A DNA stretch of 32,000 nt from an uncultured Muribaculaceae bacterium. Its GTDB lineage: Bacteria > Pseudomonadota > Alphaproteobacteria > Rs-D84. Position numbers and translations under genes: made by a program. Positions 25,701 to 32,000 of the stretch are shown here, in pieces; position 1 is the stretch's first letter; each line of letters begins with the position of its first letter. The notes beneath the pieces are model-generated. The model did no database searches, was not told the origin of the DNA, and saw only the letters and a list, made by a program, of their open reading frames with translations. Location of the stretch: the NCBI GenBank assembly GCA_965231035.1, contig OZ246409.1, positions 211,101 through 243,100 of the forward strand. Reading direction: 5' to 3'.

Positions 25701-27745
25701 GAAAGGTCAATAGCATTATCCGATGAATCTGTTGCCAATATATTTGATCCACGTGCAATAAATTTTCCGTCTCCGGATAAAGTGGCTGCAGTGACATTAG
25801 ATGTATTCAAATCAACCAAACCGCCAGTTGTAGAAGTTATGGATCTTGTAACATTTAAATTCAAAGTTGAACCATTACCAAAAACTAAAACACCTTTGTT
25901 CGAAGCGGCAACAACACCACCAATATCAATTTCATTCGCATCCAAAGTAAGCATTCTGGTAACATCACTCAAAACCGCCATTACATTGCCACCAACAGTT
26001 ATATTTCCGCCATCTGAATGTAATGTCAGACCCAGAACACCATCAGCCATTGCAGAAACATTTCCAGCTGGTGCAGCAGCTGAAGTAGCACCTAAACTTC
26101 CAGAAATTGATAAAACACCGCCAATATTAACACTGGTTGTATTCGGAGCAAAAATCAGAGAGCCAGCGGTTACAGAAATATCATTATCAATAAACATTGG
26201 TCCTGATACTGAATTCAAAGCCACAAATCCGCCCTGGGCAGCAACACCACCAATTCCAAGAGAATTTGTAGCGTTTATAAATGTTGTTCCAGCAATATTA
26301 ACCAGATTTCCACCAATATCAACGTCACGAATATCTATCGAAATTGCGCCATTTTGATTTGTCAAATTTGATGCAATATTCAATATGCCGTTCGCAGTCG
26401 GTGAAGATATATCCAAGTTTCCATTATTTGTTATTGAATCTAAATTATTATTAACACCGTTTATAAGTATTGATCCATCATTTGTAATCGCACCTGCAAT
26501 ATTAATAGCGCCATCGGAATACAAATTAGAGGTAGAAACAGAACTGTTATTCAAAACACCTGTCAAATAAATTCCACCAAAGGAATCTGTTGCCGTTATA
26601 TTTAATGTATTACCTTCGTTTTGAACCAAAGCAGCATGCACAGATTCACCAATCAAATCCATATTTGCTGATGTATTTCCCCCAGAACCATTTCTTATAT
26701 TTCCAAAAGAAACTGAACCATTATTTACAGTTATATTAAATGAATTCATATTATTAGAAATAAGTTGAGTCCAGCCTGTTCCAAATGTCAAAGTTCCTGT
26801 ATTTAAACTGAAAGTATTTGTTGTTCCCATAGTACTGGTATCGAAACCATATTCAAAATGTGTTACACCTGAAACACTTGCATCAAAATTACCTGTGTTT
26901 ACAAACGAAGCATTTGAAATATCGCCACCGCTTACGTTCAAACTGGCAACACTCAAAGATAAAGTTCCCAAAGAACTATCATTCTTCATTGTTCCCGCAA
27001 CAGATACATTACCAGCATTTACATCCAGTAAAGTGCCTGAATTCTCAAGATTTCCAGTTGATGTTAAATTACCAGATAAATTTATATTTGTTGTCCCAGC
27101 ATTATTTTGAACATCACCAGCATTTAAAGAAGACGCTGTTACATTCGCTGTTCCAGTACTGTCATTTGCAAAGTCACCCATCGTAATTGAACCAACAGAT
27201 GTTAAATTAATATTTCCACTGCTGTTGGTGACAGAACCCGCAGAAACAGTCTGGGCAGAAACAATTAAATCACCATAATTAAAAATCGTACCAGTTGTGT
27301 GAAAATTATTTATATTTTCTATGGTTGTTATTCCAGAATTTGAAATACTGCCAAAGCTGGAATTAATTGTTCCACTGGATGTTTTAATTTCAAAAATTTT
27401 TCCAGAACTTATATCCAAAGCACCACCAACAGTTATATCACTGCTGGAAATAATAGAAAATGGAGAATCAATTGTAGTTTCTGCATAAAATTGATTTGTT
27501 ACCGAACCTGGATCGTTCTTGTTTATATACATATTTCCAGAAATGCTGACACCACCAGCACCGACAATAATACCTTTGCCAGATTTAACTATTATCGATC
27601 CTATGGATGCATCTAAACCAGAAACACTTTCGGTGTTTCCAGTACCAGGATCAATAGTTTGTACAGCCATTGCCGTTGCCGGAGCAAGGCATAATATAAA
27701 AGATAGTAGCTTTTTTATCATATTTATGTTTATTTTAGATGACAC
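22754..27745 (-). CDS. Autotransporter (type Va) with a large Gly/Asn/Ser/Thr-rich beta-helical passenger and a C-terminal beta-barrel
   Basis: Signal peptide ...LLSFILCLAPATAMAVQ. About 1300 aa of degenerate G/N/S/T/I-rich repeats typical of passenger beta-helices. The C-terminal roughly 280 aa has alternating aromatic and hydrophilic residues and ends ...KVKLYGAYRF (terminal Phe). Confidence 0.85.
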   Translation of the reverse strand: MSSKININMIKKLLSFILCLAPATAMAVQTIDPGTGNTESVSGLDASIGSIIVKSGKGIIVGAGGVSISGNMYINKNDPGSVTNQFYAETTIDSPFSIISSSDITVGGALDISSGKIFEIKTSSGTINSSFGSISNSGITTIENINNFHTTGTIFNYGDLIVSAQTVSAGSVTNSSGNINLTSVGSITMGDFANDSTGTANVTASSLNAGDVQNNAGTTNINLSGNLTSTGNLENSGTLLDVNAGNVSVAGTMKNDSSLGTLSLSVASLNVSGGDISNASFVNTGNFDASVSGVTHFEYGFDTSTMGTTNTFSLNTGTLTFGTGWTQLISNNMNSFNITVNNGSVSFGNIRNGSGGNTSANMDLIGESVHAALVQNEGNTLNITATDSFGGIYLTGVLNNSSVSTSNLYSDGAINIAGAITNDGSILINGVNNNLDSITNNGNLDISSPTANGILNIASNLTNQNGAISIDIRDVDIGGNLVNIAGTTFINATNSLGIGGVAAQGGFVALNSVSGPMFIDNDISVTAGSLIFAPNTTSVNIGGVLSISGSLGATSAAAPAGNVSAMADGVLGLTLHSDGGNITVGGNVMAVLSDVTRMLTLDANEIDIGGVVAASNKGVLVFGNGSTLNLNVTRSITSTTGGLVDLNTSNVTAATLSGDGKFIARGSNILATDSSDNAIDLSNGVWFDGTDPSTGFVIRTTHDLTLETTGVGADIAVSNGMSISTGNKLTMNAADQINVSGDVNISGELDMDAANELAFLNNITNSGTMNIASSYFTVIDLINTGSFSVNSDTDIDLNDLTNSGHVTFVAGNSITLNNISSTANSLDITGNSIDAALLSVTGGYANLNSNSIYVSGNTDVTGDLYQGATSGMLNLTQDNTNFKTTDLNVGGDFNAVRYTGNYGLANLTVGGDLVTGSTADVTISANSIVLGGMNSAGTLSLDSTDIELGNATNSGSLTINTDDVVYFDSFATTGGSAYIYANQLDVTGQVNLFGGLLQNSSGTVSNGDINIATTDLVINADGIAASKIYQESGTIVLNTSDLDVGGDIDVQDLQIVATGPNWLTANVDGNIGSNVRFTGLSRMTVGGDYLFDDTSMLHAAVLPRVGAPVNYWSGISLTNDDSFGQIINGASGEPLIDINGKFISNVTTLGSAAVGSLETSQFGVDIFDIVNPGSAIWLLHADDGIEELGLKTRNLFVKFCNSDGSICYNYLDALGNGSTDTNDTPIYLSLRDTNDDGTADSIYVVFDPRFGGPVEVFKIQPIVGNENYHTDGEYSAAGALDNLIAGRFADLGFTGRNPIETIPVAFDGTYLEDFGNELYNLMEQYQLDHDGYRLAQFSRLMQPREMNQITGTISLNEHTFARDFEDHMFDEFVWNRNRKIRNSWVDTDFGMMTQQLGTENRAKGNRFSISGGFDWQASNTLIVGLSGRMSHTTNDNVDNIDLGYKNGASVPVSSKTQVTNTNFGFGGYLMGTMNEKTRFYGNAFLDAYMLDISRDQNYLDSIQGSGTSLSLTSEWGLMHDWLNQYIVGNAYVRAGYNFGYTIDEKIKENNYMRLQSDGYASLTPGYSLIAQKRIYTSPWFQIRPNLSFGVEYDLLGIPESQFKFAVAKEMTDYKTEIDPLWANAGGGIECLAASGWQFGVDYRYQYNADLQIHKVKLYGAYRF

Positions 27746-27820
27746 TTGTGATTACATTGTAACATAAATTGGAACTAAGACCAAGCAAAACAATATGAAT
27801 GTTTTGTGTTTTTTTAGTAA

Positions 27821-29098
<1,278 letters not shown>

Positions 29099-29140
29099 AA
29101 AACGCTGGGAAAATATACCAAGGGCCCGATTAACAAACAA

Positions 29141-29347
29141 ATGTTTACTTTGTTTAATATTTTACCAATCATAAAATCCATTTTGTGCATTTGTATTGTG
29201 TTGGTGATTTTTCTGGCCCCTTCGTATTTGGCTGTCAAAAATGGCAAAGGTGACTATGACGCAGTTATCGTCAGATTTTCCAGCTGGCTACTTGGCTGGA
29301 CAGGTTTGGGATGGATTTTTGGATTATTTTGGGGAACTAGAAAATAA
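29141..29347 (+). CDS. Small membrane protein resembling the superinfection-immunity (Imm_superinfect) family
   Basis: Two TM helices. FLAPSYLAVKNGKGDYDAVIVRFSSWLLGWTGLGWIFGLFWG follows the family pattern (P..iA........I...N.llGWT.iGWi.al.WA). Confidence 0.5.
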   Translation: MFTLFNILPIIKSILCICIVLVIFLAPSYLAVKNGKGDYDAVIVRFSSWLLGWTGLGWIFGLFWGTRK

Positions 29348-29349
29348 AA

Positions 29350-29366
29350 ACCGCCTTGTCAGCGGT
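29350..29366 (+). terminator. Rho-independent terminator
   Basis: ACCGC-cttgtca-GCGGT followed by TTTTTT. Confidence 0.65.
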
Positions 29367-29427
29367 TTTTTCTTGCTTTTTCTGTGTTTACTCGCGATAA
29401 TCGGCATATACTAAAAAAGGAAAAACT

Positions 29428-29883
29428 ATGGCAGGCAGCATAAACAAGGTTATTCTCGTTGGAAATCTGGGTCAAGATCCCCAGGTTAAAACCCTACAAA
29501 GTGGTCAAAAAGTTGTCAGTTTTTCTTTGGCAACCAGTGATCGATGGAAGGACAAATCCACTGGCGAACAAAAAGAACAAACAGAATGGCATCGTGTCGT
29601 AGTATTTAATCCTAACTTGGCCGAAGTTGCAGAACGCATGTTACAAAAAGGAACCAAACTTTATTTGGAAGGTTCTTTAAAAACTCGTAAGTGGCAAAAC
29701 CAACAGGGTGTTGATGTTTTCACAACCGAAGTCGTTTTGAATCCATTTATGGGTCAGATGGTTATTTTGGCCGGTGCCAAAGGTGTTGATGGCGCAGCTG
29801 GTGAATCCGCACATCATCAATCTCCAACACATGCCGCACCAGAAATTTCTGTTACCGAAATCGGCGATGATATTCCATTTTAA
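29428..29883 (+). CDS. ssb: Single-stranded DNA-binding protein
   Basis: INKVILVGNLGQDPQVK, TEWHRVVVF and the C-terminal acidic tip IGDDIPF. Confidence 0.95.
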   Translation: MAGSINKVILVGNLGQDPQVKTLQSGQKVVSFSLATSDRWKDKSTGEQKEQTEWHRVVVFNPNLAEVAERMLQKGTKLYLEGSLKTRKWQNQQGVDVFTTEVVLNPFMGQMVILAGAKGVDGAAGESAHHQSPTHAAPEISVTEIGDDIPF

Positions 29884-29905
29884 TAATAACAAGTTAAAAT
29901 TAAAA

Positions 29906-29921
29906 ACCGCCATTTGGCGGT
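29906..29921. terminator. Bidirectional terminator ACCGCCATTTGGCGGT (reverse complement of the hairpin at 5371..5386)
   Basis: Perfect 6-bp stem with A5 and T7 flanks, between convergent ssb and carD-like genes. Confidence 0.75.
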
Positions 29922-29925
29922 TTTT

Positions 29926-30492
29926 TTAAGTTTCTTCTTCGTCTTCTTCCAGTTCTTCGCCCTCTTCTTCTACTGCATTAAGGTCGATTTCTTTTGGAAT
30001 CCCCAGAATATCTTCAATTTTATCAGACGCTTCTTCAATATCTATTTTGTGTAAAACAGCAAATTCTTGGGCCATACGCTCTAAAGCGCGCAGATACAAT
30101 TGACGACCGGAAAAAGTCATAGTGTCCGCTGCACTTCTGCGTTGCAAATCACGAACAACCTCGGCCAACTTCATCAAATCGCCAGAATTAATATTTTCTT
30201 CGTACTGTGCGGCACGGCGCGCCCAAATCATGCGTTTTGCACCTGCTTTGCCATGCGCAGACGCGATTGCTTCGTCCATTTTCTTGGTTGTTGTCAAAGG
30301 ACGCAAACCAGAAATTTCAGCACGATCCAACGGAACACGCAATGTCATATGATTTTTTTCAAAATCAATTACCAGCATTTTAATTTTTTGACCGCCGATA
30401 ACCTGTTCTTCGGTACGAACAAGCTTTCCAACGCCTTGGGTTGGATAAACCACGAACTGTCCAGTTCTAAAATCTAATTTTTTAGTCGGCAT
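29926..30492 (-). CDS. cdnL: CarD/CdnL family transcriptional regulator with an acidic C-terminal tail
   Basis: FRTGQFVVYPTQGVGKLVRTEEQVIGGQKIKMLVIDF and the helical C-domain ...VVRDLQRR...RQLYLRALERMAQEFA. The start is set at the Met with RBS AAGGA. Confidence 0.85.
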   Translation of the reverse strand: MPTKKLDFRTGQFVVYPTQGVGKLVRTEEQVIGGQKIKMLVIDFEKNHMTLRVPLDRAEISGLRPLTTTKKMDEAIASAHGKAGAKRMIWARRAAQYEENINSGDLMKLAEVVRDLQRRSAADTMTFSGRQLYLRALERMAQEFAVLHKIDIEEASDKIEDILGIPKEIDLNAVEEEGEELEEDEEET

Positions 30493-30582
30493 AAAAGTGC
30501 ATCCTTTAACTGCCATTCTCTCTGTGAGTATAATTATATCATAAAAATAGGAAAAAACAAACGGCTAAAACAATAATTTTTA

Positions 30583-31140
30583 TTATTTAACCAGTCGACC
30601 GGCTGACCCTGTTCTGCGGATACTAGAGCTGTATATTCCAGTATTACTACCAACTGACTTTGCACAAATCCATTCCCCGTTTTTCAATACCGAGGTTTCG
30701 TCACTTGCACAGCTAGTAGGCTTTTCCAGGCGCCAAGTGTAACAACTGCCTTTTTGATACGATCCATAGGTTGCAGTATCTGCCCCACCACGAGTATAAG
30801 CACCATAGTCAGGATTCCAAACACCAGCTGATTCGCCAGAACACCACTTTCTGTCACCAAAGCAAGTTACACATGTATTTTCAGCATCACATAATTCAGC
30901 AGGTGACGAAGTCGATTTATACCCACTGGCAGCCAAATCGGCATTTCCCATAGTTTTGCCATTTTCCAAGTCACGACACCAAAGCTTTTTACATTCATAT
31001 GCTGTCACACCATCAACCTTGGACGTTGTGTTCAAAACATAGCCAGGTCCGCAATAAAAGAATTTTTCATCAGCAGCATAACCTGCACCAATCGAAAAAA
31101 CGATGAATGACAAATAACAAATTGTAAATATTCTTCTCAT
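30583..31140 (-). CDS. Secreted Cys-rich hypothetical protein
   Basis: Signal peptide MRRIFTICYLSFIVFSIGAGYA. The mature part has many Cys (FFYCGPGY, YECKKLWCRD, LCDAENTCVTCFGDRKWC, GSCYTW, SCASD, WICAK). I recognise no family. Confidence 0.5.
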   Translation of the reverse strand: MRRIFTICYLSFIVFSIGAGYAADEKFFYCGPGYVLNTTSKVDGVTAYECKKLWCRDLENGKTMGNADLAASGYKSTSSPAELCDAENTCVTCFGDRKWCSGESAGVWNPDYGAYTRGGADTATYGSYQKGSCYTWRLEKPTSCASDETSVLKNGEWICAKSVGSNTGIYSSSIRRTGSAGRLVK

Positions 31141-31242
31141 GTTTCTAATTTTATATTTTTTTGTACAGTTTAGCAATCTGATTTTATCAGTTTATATAAT
31201 TTATTGCGAGTTTTTTATTCATAAGGTTGAAAAATAGATTTT

Positions 31243-31686
31243 TTATTGTCCCAAACCGGCAGGTGTAAATCTGCCGATATTATTAAACAATTCTTGGACT
31301 GCATTCAATTCCACAGCTGCTGGAACCTGGGTTTCGCCCTTGGCAATTTTTACATCTTTGAAATCCTGGTCATGCATAACTTTTGTCTTTTTTATATTAC
31401 CAGCGGAATCAGGCCAGACCAACAGCGCCATTTTATTATCATAAGTCAAAGGTGTTGGACCATGATAATTTTCATCTGCGCTGAAATAAATCCACACAGG
31501 TTCACCATATACCGTTTTAACCTGGGGGCTGCCTAATTTGTCTTCTAATTGCGCAGTGGTCTTTACACTTTTGATTTCAGTTTCCAAATTTTCAGGAAAA
31601 ACATACCCGCGATGTTTGGTTTGAAACGTACACGCAGAAAGTGTCGTTAACACAGAAAAACTTAAAGCTATCGCGGATATTTTCAT
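31243..31686 (-). CDS. bamE: Outer membrane protein assembly factor BamE (SmpA/OmlA family lipoprotein)
   Basis: Lipobox LTTLSAC followed by HRGYVFPENLETEIKSVKTTAQLEDKLGSPQVKTVYGEPVWIYF, typical of alphaproteobacterial BamE. Confidence 0.8.
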   Translation of the reverse strand: MKISAIALSFSVLTTLSACTFQTKHRGYVFPENLETEIKSVKTTAQLEDKLGSPQVKTVYGEPVWIYFSADENYHGPTPLTYDNKMALLVWPDSAGNIKKTKVMHDQDFKDVKIAKGETQVPAAVELNAVQELFNNIGRFTPAGLGQ

Positions 31687-31696
31687 TTTTATACCT

Positions 31697-32000
31697 TTAA
31701 CCTTCGCCTTTGCTTTTTACAGTATTGCGCATCAGGGCAAATTGTGCAATATGCTTTTTCAAATTAGTTTTATAAGCATTATTTATTTTTGCTGATTCAA
31801 CTAATTTTCCAAAGTTTTCATTTACACTTTTTGCTGCCCCAAAACGGCTTTCGGTTTTTAGAAACTCTTCCAGTTCCAGCGGATTATTGTCATGATTAGA
31901 ATCCATAACTAATGGGTTTTGACCCTTGTTAATCATATCAGGATTGAAACGGTAAAGGGGCCATGCGCCGGTTTGAACCATTTTCATCTGATGATCTGGT
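31697..32000 (-). CDS. nifJ: Pyruvate:ferredoxin (flavodoxin) oxidoreductase, C-terminal end; the gene runs off the right edge
   Basis: ...PDHQMKMVQTGAWPLYRFNPDMINKGQNPLVMDSNHDNNPLELEEFLKTESRFGAAK matches the conserved PFOR C-terminus (sGYWPLyRynP....GkNPf.LDS......eFl..E.RF). The frame stays open to position 32000, so the Met at 31987 is internal. Confidence 0.75.
   Translation of the reverse strand, partial: PDHQMKMVQTGAWPLYRFNPDMINKGQNPLVMDSNHDNNPLELEEFLKTESRFGAAKSVNENFGKLVESAKINNAYKTNLKKHIAQFALMRNTVKSKGEG

Noticed and set aside
25563-26357. 264-aa plus-strand ORF (and other plus-strand ORFs at 23122..27767) inside the autotransporter gene
   Set aside because: It lies entirely antisense to a 1663-aa gene with clear signal peptide, passenger and barrel features. 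Its composition (Pro/Val/Thr/Ile-rich) mirrors the Gly/Asn/Thr codons of the opposite strand, and it has no RBS. It is a shadow ORF.
22754-27745. Repetitive DNA in the autotransporter passenger region as a possible mobile or satellite repeat
   Set aside because: The repetition is degenerate and at the protein level (G/N/S/T/I-rich beta-helix rungs). I saw no long exact nucleotide repeats. This is ordinary for passenger domains.

Overview
This is a low-GC window from a Gram-negative (diderm) bacterium. It carries lptC/lptB, bamE, an OmpA-family lipoprotein and a 1663-aa autotransporter. CarD/CdnL, RodZ and TspO suggest an alphaproteobacterium, and a PFOR gene hints at an anaerobic or microaerophilic lifestyle; both are inference only.

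The housekeeping backbone is: uvrA (5' part), rodZ-like, dus, ftsB-like, rho, lptC-lptB, eno, ssb, carD/cdnL, bamE and the PFOR C-terminus.

An accessory stretch at about 3.0-15.5 kb holds the unusual content:
1. Three tandem TspO paralogs with a DUF2233-like secreted protein between them.
2. A tRNA-Arg(UCU) gene whose two perfectly complementary halves are separated in the anticodon loop by a 373-bp insert. The insert carries its own promoter and a second, intact but divergent tRNA-Arg(UCU), and is flanked by an 8-bp direct repeat.
3. A roughly 7.75-kb segment bracketed by 160-bp imperfect direct repeats. The right repeat ends 7 nt inside the 3' end of tRNA-Pro(UGG).

The bracketed segment encodes a large serine recombinase, a DUF2924-like protein, a small membrane protein and a 1630-aa protein. 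The large protein fuses an N-terminal M48-like HExxH metalloprotease module to a C-terminal ABC1/UbiB-like atypical kinase module, and I cannot place that architecture in a described system.

Other points: a spanin-like overlapping membrane-protein/lipoprotein pair, several orphan Cys-rich secreted proteins, and a recurring terminator hairpin family. I saw no rRNA, no CRISPR array and no IS transposase. All calls rest on reading the translations and the sequence by eye; no database search was run.
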